A stretch of DNA of 64,000 nucleotides from positions 38,502,001 through 38,566,000 of the forward strand of contig NC_043006.1 in assembly GCF_006345805.1 (NCBI RefSeq), read 5' to 3'. Under the pieces are notes generated by a model. The model saw nothing but the letters and a program-made list of their open reading frames with translations, was not told the origin of the DNA and did not search any database. Positions 37,141-49,760 of this stretch are shown one piece after another (within the stretch, counting starts at the first letter, position 1; every line of letters starts with the position of its first letter). Source of the DNA: Octopus sinensis (lineage: Eukaryota). Made by a program: the position numbers and the translations under genes.

Positions 37141-39246
37141 AAAATGGACAACAGACGTTAAATGATGATGATGATGATGATGTGTGTGTGTCTCCCTCTC
37201 TTTGTGTTTTTGTGTCTGTGTTTGTTCTCTACCATTGCTCGATAATCAGTGTTGGTGTCTTTACATCCCCATAACTTAGCAATCTGGCAAAAAAAAAAGA
37301 CTGATAGAATAAGTACCAGGTTTGATTAAAAAAAAAAGTACTGGCTGTGTTAATTTGTCTAAAAATTCTTTGAAGTGGTGCTCCAGCATGGCCACAGTTT
37401 AATACTTGAAACAGGTAAAAGATGAAAGCTAAACAAATTAAAAGAGGAGACTTTGGATAAAGTATTCCTAGATACACACATCCCTGAAGCTTGATAAGGA
37501 TGGTTAGTCCTGGAATGTCTTTGATCATGAGTCTGCATGAATGGGGCCGACTTGTGGGGCTATACAACAACAGCGACAGCAACAACAACGATAACAACAA
37601 CATCAACAGCAATGTCAACAACAACAAAAACAGCAATAACAACAACAACGGCATTCATGTATCATCACAGACAACAAAAACATCAAGACCAAACAAGAAC
37701 AACAGAAATTAAATTGGAAATGGATAAAATAACCTGAATCTGGTCTGACCTGGGGCTAAATAACAATAGCAACAACAAAAACAATAATAAAACCAATAAT
37801 AACTACACTGCTTTGAGATTTTGAGATAATGACGGTGGCTCTACATGGTTGATTGAATTGCTAGAAATAGCAGGAGAAGTCTCCCTAAAATAACACTAAT
37901 GTTTAAAACAAGCATAAATAAATAAATAAATGAATTAAAAAGGGAATTATTGGATAAAGTCGTCCTAGATACACAGATCTTTGAAAAACGGTAAGGATGG
38001 TTAATACTGGAATGTCTTTGATCAGAAACCTGCTCAATCAGGAATGACCTGGTCATAGCCGGAATTCATTTGATCATAGGTCTGCTTGAACAGGGATGGC
38101 TTTTGGGGCTATACAAGAGCAGCAGCAGCAGCAGCAGTAGCAGCAACAAGAATATTGATTTCATACATTGGCACAAGGTCGCAAGAACGACGACAACTAC
38201 AGCAACTTTAGCATATCCTCACAGACAACAAAAACTACCAACAACAACATCAACAGAAATTAAATTGGAAAGGAAAAAAATAACCCCATGGACAACAATA
38301 AAATAATTTATGAAATAAATTGGAAAAAAAAAACTCATGTGACAACAAAATAATTTATAAAATAATTTTTTTAATTAGATATTTTTTTATGAATGTTGAT
38401 GATTTTTTCTTGTTTGTAAATTAATTTCTATTGATCTTTTTGTTGTTGTTGCTGTTACTGCAGTTATTGAGTCAATTAGGAAGCAATCTACGTGGAGGCT
38501 CCGCTTGCTGGGAATAGCACCCCAAGCTTCCTCGAATCACACTCTGACAAGTTTTTAAGAAGGAGGGACACACTGGATAACATAGCACTGGATGTAATAT
38601 GTATAAAAATCCAAGACATGGATGGGTGACTAGATGAAAGATAGATTATATAGGCAGGTAGACTAACAGACCCGTATACAGATAGACAGGTAGAAAAACA
38701 AACAGAGGGGGGAATATGAAAAAGATATAAAAATAGAGAAAGATTGATGAATAGCAGGCATAGGAGTGGCTGTGTGGTAAGTAGCTTGCTTACCAGCCAC
38801 ACGGTTCCGGGTTCAGTCCCACTGCATAGCACCTTGGGCAAGTGTCTTCTACTATAGTCTCGGGTCGATCAAAGCCTTGTGAGTGGATTTGGTAGACGGA
38901 AACTGAAAGAAGCCTGTCGTATATATATATATATATATAAATATGTATGTTTGTGTGTCTGTGTTTGTCCCCCCTGTGTCCCCCTTAACTTAGCAGTTCG
39001 GCAAAAGAATAAGACCTGGAGTCGATTTGTTTGACTAAAGGCAGTGCTCTAGCATGACTGAAACAAATAAAAGAGATGGATGGATGGATGGACGGACGGA
39101 CAAGGAAGTAAGGAGAAATACATACAAATACACAGAAATAGACAGACAGACGGAATAAATAGATAGGTGACTGTGGAAGGAATGCTATTTTAATGGTAAT
39201 TCTTCTGGATCAAAACTAACTTGGGAGACCAAACACTGCCACCACC

Positions 39247-39278
<32 letters not shown>

Positions 39279-39302
39279 CAACAAGAGGTTGTAAGTACTT
39301 AC

Positions 39303-39428
39303 TTGTCTCACAGTTGCTGCCTACATATCCCAGGGGACACAGACAAATGTGAGTGTCAGCTGATTTTACGGCGCATTTCCCACTGTTCTCACACACAACA
39401 GCTGTACAGACATTGGCACTGCATTCCA
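39303..39428 (-). CDS. EGFLAM: Internal exon (126 bp, phase 1-1) of a pikachurin/EGFLAM-like gene: end of a LamG domain plus an EGF-like domain
   Basis: Acceptor tttccAG (39430-39429) and donor GTAAGT (39302 downward). Encodes ECSANVCTAVVCENSGKCAVKSADTHICLCPLGYVGSNCET with six EGF cysteines. It closely resembles the single EGF between LamG1 and LamG2 of pikachurin as I recall it (ECS...C...C..GG.C....AD.YICLCPLG..G..CE). Confidence 0.88.
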
Positions 39429-42400
39429 CTGGAAAGAAAAAGAAAAGAAAAATTCATTATTATGATCACCGGCACCACCACCACAACCACAACAATCATC
39501 GTCACCATCACCACCACCTTCACAGTCATCATCATTATCATCATCATCATTTATTTATTGTATTTGTTGGTATAAAAGATGCAGGAGCATATTAGACATG
39601 CCGCAGTTGCAGCAATGCATATTTAGGACAAAAATGGTTTTAATGCATTAAAGCTTTTGTGAGGCCCAACTGTGCATATAGGACCCAGTGTAATTTTTTA
39701 GCAATGCATTTTTGGAAAAAATGTGTTGCTTATATGCCATCAAATATGGTACTTAAACATTTCAATAATTTTTTATATGAATTTCTTTTAAATAAAAGCT
39801 TTTAAATATAAATAAGTATCTCCCTATGCCATTCTAGTTTTTTCTTGCAGTTTCATTTGCGTTTTCTTGCAATGCATTGTAATGTTGAATTTGTTTGTGG
39901 AAAATGCATAAATTCCTGGTTTCAAATTTTGGCACAAGTCCAGCAATTTCGGAAGAGTTGGGGATAAGTCGATTGCATCGACCCCAATACTCAAGCAGTA
40001 CTTGTTTTAATGACCCTGAGAGGATGAAAAACAAAGTCGACTTTGGTGGAATTTGAACACAGAACATAATGATGGACAAAATGCTGCTAAGCATTTTGTC
40101 AAGTACGTTAACAATTCTGGCAGCTCACTGCCTTAACGAATACATCTACTATAATAATACTCCTGCGTTTTTCTCCATCACACCATATGAAGAAGGAAGG
40201 AAGTGGTGATGGCAAACTGATAGTAGGATGATGGAAATTCTACGGTAAAAAAAAAATCAAACAGCATTTCAACTCTGTGTATTTGATATTTACTTGCCAG
40301 CTCCTGTATTTAGTCACAGCCAGTTTTATGTGGCCTTAAGTTGTACAAAAAGGAAGGAAAACTTTAAAATTCTTTTAAAGGAAACAAGCAATCAAGGATG
40401 TAATTGAGGATAGATTTTTCACATAAAAGAATTATTAAACTAAAAACTTGGTTTTGTATCTTATTTATATATAAAATATTACAATTAGCCATTGGTTTTT
40501 GACTGCATGGGGCCAGTCAGTAAATTACTAATAATTATTTTATTTGTCACAAAATAGGAATAATTAAATATAATGACAGTTTGAAAGTTTTGCACAAGAC
40601 CAGCAATTCAACTGGTACTTATTTTATCAACCCAGAAAGGATGAATGGCAAAGTCACCCTCAGTGGAATTTGAGCTCAGAATCTAAAGCAGTGGAAGGAA
40701 TGCCACTAAGCCGTTTATCCAACTTAACTTGCTGATAATAATTTTAAATTTTGGTACAAGGCCAGCAATTTTGGGGGAGGGGTCAGTCAATTACATCAAT
40801 CTCAGGATTCAGTTGTCGAAAGAATGAAAAACAGTCAGCCTTGTCTAGATTTGAACTCAGAATGCAAAGATAGATGAAATACTGTTAAGCATTTTCCCCT
40901 GGCTTGCTAACAATTCTGCCAGCTTGCTGCCTTACAATTTGCTAATAATGATAGTTTTGTATAGTGCATTTTTTTTTTTAATTAACATCTCACAAATTAT
41001 GGGGTTGGGGAGGATCATAACTGATTAATTTAATCTCCGTATTTTACTGCCTTCCATTTTATCGACTCCAGAAGGATGCAAGTCATTGTTGACCTGGGCA
41101 GGATTTGAACTCAGAAACATAAAGACATAACTAAAGAAAAAAAAAACAAAAAAAACACATGGCATTTTGTCTGACACCTCCAACTCTAAATTTGAATTGG
41201 CAAAACAAGGAGGGAAAAAGATAAAAAGAAAAAAAAGGAGGACAAAAAAAGAGAAACAATTAATGTGTTGCCTGGTTGTAAAATAGTTGCGGATATTGAT
41301 TATGCTAAAATTAATGACAAAACATTGTTGGTTCAAGCAGGAGCTGAGGCATAAGAAAAGAAAAATTAATTGGAAAAAATTCTAAAACCAGAGGGACCAC
41401 AATATAATGAGAAACTATGTCAAGATTTTTAAATCCCACAATAAACTTGCTAAAGGGTTAGATTAAATTTTAGAGAATATCTACCAAAATCAAGTATGGA
41501 TTATTGATATGACTTGTTTTAGTGAAAATAAGCATATGGTAAAAAAAAGAAAATGGTAAAATAAAAAAGTGCTACTTGAGGAACTGTAAAGAACTGTAAC
41601 TATAGAATCAGTTAAACTTCAAAATGATGCTTAACAGAAAGACTTGGTAGAGCATAAAGATGGTCTCAAATGTGATTGGTTGTTGCAGGGAAGGAATGTC
41701 TGAAAGAGGTGGATAAATGAGTAAATTATTCAAAGGAAAAAGAACTTGCTGAATAAAGAGATATGTAGTGGCTGATACAGAAGTTTGTGGTGTTAGAAGA
41801 AAATTATTCTTTTCTATTGAAGGCACAAGGCCTGAAATTTTGGGGGAGGGGGTCAGTCAATTAGATCGACCTCAGTATGCAACTGGTACTTAATTTACTG
41901 ACCCCAAAAGAATGAAAGGCAAAGTGGACCTCAGCGGAATTTGAACTCAGAACGTAATAGCAGACGAAATACCGCTGAGCATTTCGATAATGTTTTTTCG
42001 ATATGTTTTTTCCAGCTCGCTGCCTTGTTAGAAGAATGATATTGTCCAACCAAATCGCACTTCTCTGTTTTATTCTAAATTCTTGTTAATCTGGTTGCTC
42101 TGTGTTTTTCAAAACCACAGCGAAAATGTTATTTCATTTTTTTACTAGTTATAGTCATTAGGCTATGGCCATTCTTCACCACCTTGAAGAATTTTAGTTG
42201 AATGGATCAACCTCAGGACTTACTTTTTAAAACCTGGTACTTATTTCATTGGTCACTTTTACCAAACCACTAAGTTACTGGAATGTGAAGATACCAGCAC
42301 TGGTTGTCAAGCAGTGGTAGGGGACACACAAAGACACACACATTTATATATTCTTTTATTCTTTTGCTTGTTTCAGTCATTTGACAGTGGCCATGCTGAG

Positions 42401-42769
42401 CACTGCCTTTAGTTGAACAAACCAATCCCAAGACTTATTCTTTGTTAGCCTAATATGTATTCTATCGGTCTCTTTTGCTGAACTGCTAAGATATGGGGAT
42501 GTAAACACACCAACATCAGCTGCCAAGCAATGGTGGCAGGGACAAACACAGACACACAAATATGCATACATACATACATACATATATATATGAGACGCTT
42601 CTTTCAGTTTCCATCTACCAAATCCACTCACAAGGCTTTGGTCAGCCTGACGCTATATTAGTAGATACTTGCCCAAGGTACCATGCAGTAGGACTGAACC
42701 TAGAAATGTGTGGTTGGAAAACAACTGTCCTACCACACAACCATACTGCACCTTAATACATCTATATAT

Positions 42770-42812
<43 letters not shown>

Positions 42813-43738
42813 CACACACACACATAAACATATACAATGAGCTTCTTTCAGTTTCCATCTATCAAATCCATTCACATGGCTTTGGTTGGCCTGAGTCTAT
42901 AGTAGAAGACACTTGCGCAAGGTGCCACGCTCTGAGACTGAACCCAGACCATGTGGTTGGTAAGCAAGCTACTTACCCCACATCTACAACTGTGCATATG
43001 TTCTATATAAAGACAACATGCAGACATAGCTGTGTGGTGAAGATGCTTCCTTCAGCTTCAGTCTTTAGGTTCTTCAGGAACCTTCCTTCAGGTTCACTGC
43101 ACATTATCTTTGGCAAGAATATTCTCTTACAACTCCAGATTGACCAATGCATTACAGATACCCTCATATACATGCATACACCACCCTACCTCCTTACTTT
43201 TCCTAACTCCTTCCCAACCTGATTCCTAACCATTCTTACCTTTCTTTCTTTCCTACCACCTTTCTCTCAATTCTGTTTCACCTCATTCTTTCTTTTCTTT
43301 CTTTTTTTCTGATTAACGCCTACCATCCAAATACCAAAACTCCTTCCCTTCCTTTTAAATCTTAAACAAATATATTCTTTGTTAAAACGTGTTCTTCTTA
43401 TTTTCTTCTTTTCTTTCTTTTTCTTCTTCATTCTTTGTAAACCCAGTACTTATTCTATCAGTGTCTTTTGCTGAACTGCTAAGTAACAGGGACGTAAACA
43501 CAATAACATTGGTTGTCTAGTGATGGTGGGGAGACAAACATAGACACACAAATATATACATACATACATACATATTCATGATGAGCTTCTTTCAGTTTCC
43601 GTCTATCAAATCCACTCACAAGGTTTTGGTTGGGCCAAGGCTATAGTAGAAAGCACTTGCCAAAGGTGCCACACAGTGGGACTGAACTTGGACCCATGTG
43701 GTTGGGAAGTAAGCTTCTTACCACACAGCATGCTGTGC

Positions 43739-43769
<31 letters not shown>

Positions 43770-44254
43770 TACATATCTATATATGTGTGACTTCTTTGTA
43801 TGTCCAGCCCATCAAGTAAAAACCAGTGTTGGTTTGTTTACACCCCCATAACATAGCAGTTCACCAAAAGAAACTGATAGAACAAATACCAGACTTAAAA
43901 AGTAAGTACTGGGGTCAATTGGCTTGACTTAAACTCTTGAAGGAATCACTCCAGTATGGCCACAATCTAATGTCTAAAACAAATAAAAAAATAACAGAGA
44001 AAGATCACAGATGTCAGAAGAATGGCAGAATTAGTAAATGCCTTTCTGCATTAATTCAAGTCCTTTTTATAGTCAGAGTTCAATTCCTACTCAGTCACCC
44101 ATACAGGCCAACAAGGTCATTCATCTTCCTAGCTTTTCTAAAATAACCAACAGTTCTTACTCCCTGAAATCTCTGATATTTTGCCAAAGTTAGTGTCTAT
44201 TATTATTTATACAGTTCAGTAATTATTATCAATTTTATTGTTTTTGTTGTTATA

Positions 44255-44306
<52 letters not shown>

Positions 44307-45218
44307 CATTATTATTATTATTATTATTATTATAAATGTTGTTGTATATTCATATATTCATATTCAATTGTCAATCATAATTAGGTAAAGACAATGCCAA
44401 AGAATGGCATTAAGTTTGGCAGCCACAAGTATGTATCTCTGTCTTTCTCCTGTCCCCTTTCACGAATCTCTTTGAGAGAAATAATAACGATAATAACGAT
44501 TTCAAATTTTGGCACAAGGTCAATAATTCCGGTGGGGAAGGGTAAGTTGATTACACTGACAACCAGTGCCCAAATGGCTCTTATCTTATTGACCCTGAAA
44601 GGATGAAAGGCAAGGTGAACCTTAGTGGAATTTGAACTCAGAATGTAAAACTGGAAGAAATGCTGCTAAGCAATTTTTCCTGGTTAGCAGTGACTCTGTC
44701 AGGTTGAGCATTATCATGGACATGTTTTGTCTTGGTATAAATGATGAGTTACAGCAAATATTCTGCTCAATACCACAGATTTGCTTAACTTTAACCAGTT
44801 GAGCATGTCCTTTTGTGACTGACGATATGTGCATCTCTGATCATGAACAGAAGTAGTGGGGGAACATCATAGCCATGTGTTGAGAGGTATTCTTTGGGGT
44901 TTGGATAATTTACCTTTGGAAAGATGGGTGTTTCGTTCAACATCCTTAAACAACACTTATTCAAGTACCTTTTGAGTGGGATTGGCTCTTCGACCTGAAG
45001 AAAATTCTAACTGGGCCCCACCTGCAAGGTCATGTGCTATTTATCTTGATATGAAATCACCATGTCGTGCACATATGGTTGTGATGCATGTGCCTGGTGT
45101 ATACTTATCAGATAGGTAGTATTGATGGGTATACAGGACTTCATATATTTTATCCCAGTATCACGTTGATGGCATGCACTGCTCAATAATAATGATGATG
45201 ATGATGATGATGATGATG

Positions 45219-45520
45219 ATAGCAAAAGTGCTACATTGGAAACTATGTGAAAAATGGGGGCTAGAGAGAGGTAGGTGCATTAGGTATGATAAAAATACAG
45301 AAAAATAAATAGCAAAAACACCAGGGCATACGAATATATATAACATACAGAAAATAGCACTACTGGGCACTGCAAACATTCTACGTAAAACACTTTCAAT
45401 ACAGTAAAAATAAGAGCCCCACAACAAACCACAGCACATGCCCAATGTATACAGAGCTGTGCTTGGTAGTGCAGTGAAAACAAGCGATAGAAATAAGACT
45501 AATGAATAATAATAACAACA
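45219..45520 (+). mobile_element. Internally deleted 3' fragment of an R4/Dong-like (restriction-like endonuclease) LINE with AAT-rich tail
   Basis: IAKVLHWKLCEKWGLER is joined to NIYNIQKIALLGTANILRKTLSIQ* (stop 45405-45407). Both are typical C-terminal motifs of R4-clade ORFs; the sequence between them is missing. Confidence 0.68.
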
Positions 45521-46565
45521 ATGCAAGTTATTAGGTTGTTCTATGGGATAATATTTGATGTCAAGATGTTTCGTCTGTCTTTACATTCTACTGAGATGGA
45601 CTTTGCTCTTCATCCTTTTAGGATCGATAAATTAAGTACCAGAAGCATACCGGGGTCGATCTAATCGACTGGCCACTTCCCCCAAAATTTTGCGCCTTGT
45701 GCTTAGAGTAGAAAAGAATATTTGCTGTCAAGTATTTGCATGTGCTTGTATGTGTGTGTGTGCATATGTATATGTGTGTGTGTGTATTTGTATACATGTG
45801 TGTGTGTGTATGTCTATATATGTGTTTGTATGTGTCTGTGTGTGTTGTGCATATGTGTTTGTGTGTGTGTGTTGAGTGTATGTGTGTTTGTGTATGTGTG
45901 TGTTTGTGTGTTGTGTGTGTGTGTGTTTGTTGACAGAGAAAGACGTGATGAAGTGACGCTCATTCTGTTTGGAAACTTATTACAGAAATGAAAAGCTTTT
46001 ATAGCAGAAAGTCAAATCCCTCACCCAAAACATTATAAATATCACACATTGTTGGCTTATTTAATACATACTTCAGTTTGACTTGAAGGACCACCATCAT
46101 ATGCTACACACACACACAAAAAAACACACTCACACCACACTCCTTCTCACACCACACTCATTCTCACACACACACTCACACACACAAACACACACACATT
46201 CATACACGCACACCTCACACATACTCACACACACACACACACACAGGGAAACACATTCACACACACATCTCACACACACATAGAAACACACATTCACACA
46301 CACTCACACATGCACTCACACATATATCCACATACACACACACATGCAAGCATACATACACACACACACACGTATAAATCCAAACAATTTTACCAACTTA
46401 TTTTGCTTTGTCTTTGCAGTGGCATAACTAAAAATGTCATCCACTATCCAGGCCACCTGGAGTGATGTTGAAGATATCAAATGTAAAGCCAAGTGGCTGT
46501 GTTCCTATGACAACCCCACTGCAACCACCCAGACATCCTCATCAACATATATCTATATGCTTATC

Positions 46566-46628
<63 letters not shown>

Positions 46629-47349
46629 TTATTTGTATATGTAGCATTGACTATACAGATGAAAATGCACGTTTGCTACAAATCACATAACTGTGCGAAC
46701 CACTACACCAAAGCAACAGCATCACTTCAACCATCAAATTTAGAGGCTTTAACATGACAAATAAGTTTCCTCATACCAGTAGCCTGTTAAAAGGGAGCTC
46801 AGTCTACAGCATATACATACATACATCCTGGCACTCTGTTGCTTACGACAACAAAGGTTCCAGTTGATATGATCAACAGAACAGCTTTCTCGTGAGATTA
46901 ACATGCAAGTGGCTGAGCACTCCACAGACACAAGTAGCCTTAATATAGTTTTCAGAGCGATTCAGCGTGACATACAGTGACAAGGCTGGTCCCTAGAAAT
47001 ACAGGTGCAAATTATTTTTGCCAGCTGAGTGAACTGGTGCAATGTGAAATAAAGTGTCTTGCTCAAGGACACAAGGCACCACAAAGGAATTGAACTTGTG
47101 ACCCTACGAGCTTGAGCCAAATGCCCTAACCACTAAGCCATGTGCCTTCATTCATACATAATACATACATTCATTCATACATAGATACATAGATACATAC
47201 ATAGATTTCTGATAGATGACAATACTGTACAAACCAGGTAATTTCACACCTTTTTTTTTAATCATAAGAGAGATAGTTTCTTCATGGTAACTGCATTTTA
47301 ATTAACCTAAATTTTGCTTATCTCTAAACACTGCATGGCACTAACACTT

Positions 47350-47384
<35 letters not shown>

Positions 47385-48789
47385 TTTGATTGTCAAAAAT
47401 CAAAATCACAACCAGAATCTAAATCAAATCGAAATCAGAAATGGAAATTGTAGTCGTGGCCAATGCCAGTGCCGCCTGACTGGCTCCTGCACTGGTGGCA
47501 TGTAAGGAGCACCCACTACACTCTCGGAGTGAGTGGTTGGCGTTAGGAAGGGCATCCAGCTGTAGAAACCTAGCCAGATCAGATTGGAGCCTGGTGCAGC
47601 CTCCTGGTTTGCCAGTCCCCGTCAAACCGTCCAACCCATGCCAGCATGGAAAACAGACTTAATGTATGTACACACCTGCATATGCACATGGACACACACA
47701 CATGAACACCAAGCACATTCTGGGAAGTTGTTAACATCAGGAAGGTCATCCAACCTCAGAAACCTTGGTAAAGCAGATATTAGAAACCAATGCACCTGTT
47801 TGGCTAGTTGGATTCTATTAAAGCATCTAACTCATGTCGGCATAGAAAAAAGGACGTCAAATGATGACAATAGTGATGATATATGAATTTACACACAAGA
47901 ATATCTTTGGTGTTATCAATTCTAAAGACATGCATTTACTGCTGATTAAACATGAATTATTTCCACTTATCTCGCTGCTTACGATTCAGACTGTATTTGA
48001 ATAGAAAGAAAATTTTTCTTTTTTACTCTTTTAAATGATGTAAGATTAAACAAAAATTTGAAATTAGCCTAATTATTGACAATATCGTTAATGTTACAAA
48101 AATGAACATGACTTAATTGAAGAACATTTAAAGCATGTAATTTTTACTACAAAAGCAATGGAGGCATAAAAGATCTAGAAGAACAAAAACCAGATGCCAC
48201 TAATAATCATTCAGGTATTTGAAATTCTTCGAAACACAATTATACACATATGATGTATTGAATCTATAAATTTGATTATGATATTATTGGAAATTTCTCC
48301 CACATTTTTTGACTATACAATAATTATACAATTCACTCAATTTCCTGGATTTCTTCAACTGAACATAGCTAAAAATCTATCAAATTTTTTAATCCAACAA
48401 TTGTGTTGTCCCTGAAGCACTCTGTTCTTTTTTTTTTTTTTTAAAGACTTTGATGAATTCTTTGACTATTTCTACTGTACATTTCTGGTTATTGTAATTT
48501 TGAAAAATCTATGATTTGTCTAAGTGGCTCTTGAAATATGAATGCATTCTGACATCGAAGCCACTACGTGGCCTTGTGGACCACCAGTTTCTCACAAACT
48601 GTCCAACTCATGCCAGCATGGAAAGTGGATGTTAAATGACAATGGTGGTGCTGGTGATGATGATGATTCTCTGAGACCTTTAGACAATTCTGCTCATGAT
48701 TCCCTAAGCTAGTGAATAGAGCCCTACTTGTGTTCTGGACATGCAATACTAAACCCTGAGATTGCTATCACCTTGCTTAACTGTTAAAT

Positions 48790-49760
48790 TCATTCATTCA
48801 GTTTAAAATTCCCCTCTTGCAGACCACTGTAAAAGATGTTGGATGTCAGAGCTGAACAAAAAATAAGTTTGATTCATTCAAACATTAAACTTTAGACAAC
48901 ATCCTGAGCAAAGCGAATGCAAGCACATTGTATTTTCACATATGTCCAGGAGGAAAATTTTCTCTCAGGACTATCTCTGCAGTGAAAGGTCTTTTCACAT
49001 TCAAGTGCATTCGGACATGTCAAATATGACTTTACATGAATGTATTTTATTCCACATTTCTTGTTTCTTTTTGCATTTTTTTTTCCAGAGAAATGTACAA
49101 TTTCATACCTGAAACATGTCCCATGACCTCTCAATGCTCGTCACTTTTTGATGATAGTGATCAATTCTGTCAAAGATCAATCAAAATGCCAGTGGTCATC
49201 ATTGTCTTGTTCTTCATGAATGAGTGGTGAATGACTTGGTGTATCGATTCTGTAGCTGTTTGTGGCAAATCTCTTCAAAGATGGTCAAAATTCTCAGCAA
49301 TTTTATTAAAGTTCTCTGCACGATGGCGTGTCTCAGTTACTGAGCATGCAATTTCATCAACTATGGCTCAAAATGTGGAGGCACATAGCCTAGTGGTTAG
49401 AGCAGTAGACTTGCAGTCGAGGGATCATGGGTTCAAATCTCAGACCAGGCAATGTGTGTGTTTATGAGCAAAACACTAAGTTCCATGCAGCTTCAGCAGA
49501 AGGTTATGGCGAACTTCTGCTGACTCTTTCACCATAACTTTCTCTCACTCTTTCCTCCTGCATCTAGCAGCTCACCTGTGATGGACTGGCATCCCATCCA
49601 GGTGGGGAACCTATATGCCAATGAAACTGGGAAACTGGCCCTTATTAGCCAGGCATGGCCCAAAAAGGAACAAACAACAACAAAATGGCTCAAAATGTCC
49701 ATTTCTCAAGATAGATAATGCTCAGTTGCTCATTCACCCATTTTCACTGCAGTGTATTAC
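48790..49760 (-). pseudogene. Possible decayed hAT (SPIN/GTF2IRD2-like) transposase C-terminal relic, interrupted by a SINE
   Basis: Scattered fragments KWVNEQL, ENFNKIAENF, WTYVK, LAFALLRML and NESKL...SALT occur in plausible order; heavily degraded. Confidence 0.35.
49377..49684 (+). mobile_element. tRNA-derived SINE with 14-bp target-site duplication
   Basis: A box (TAGCCTAGTGG) and B box (GGTTCAAATC), (AAC)n tail, flanked by ATGGCTCAAAATGT at 49363-49376 and 49685-49698. Confidence 0.85.

Noticed and set aside
46400-46560. Plus-strand polypyrimidine acceptor followed by the short ORF MSSTIQATWSDVEDIKCKAKWLCSY
   Set aside because: No donor and no recognisable domain; it runs into a (GT)n repeat.
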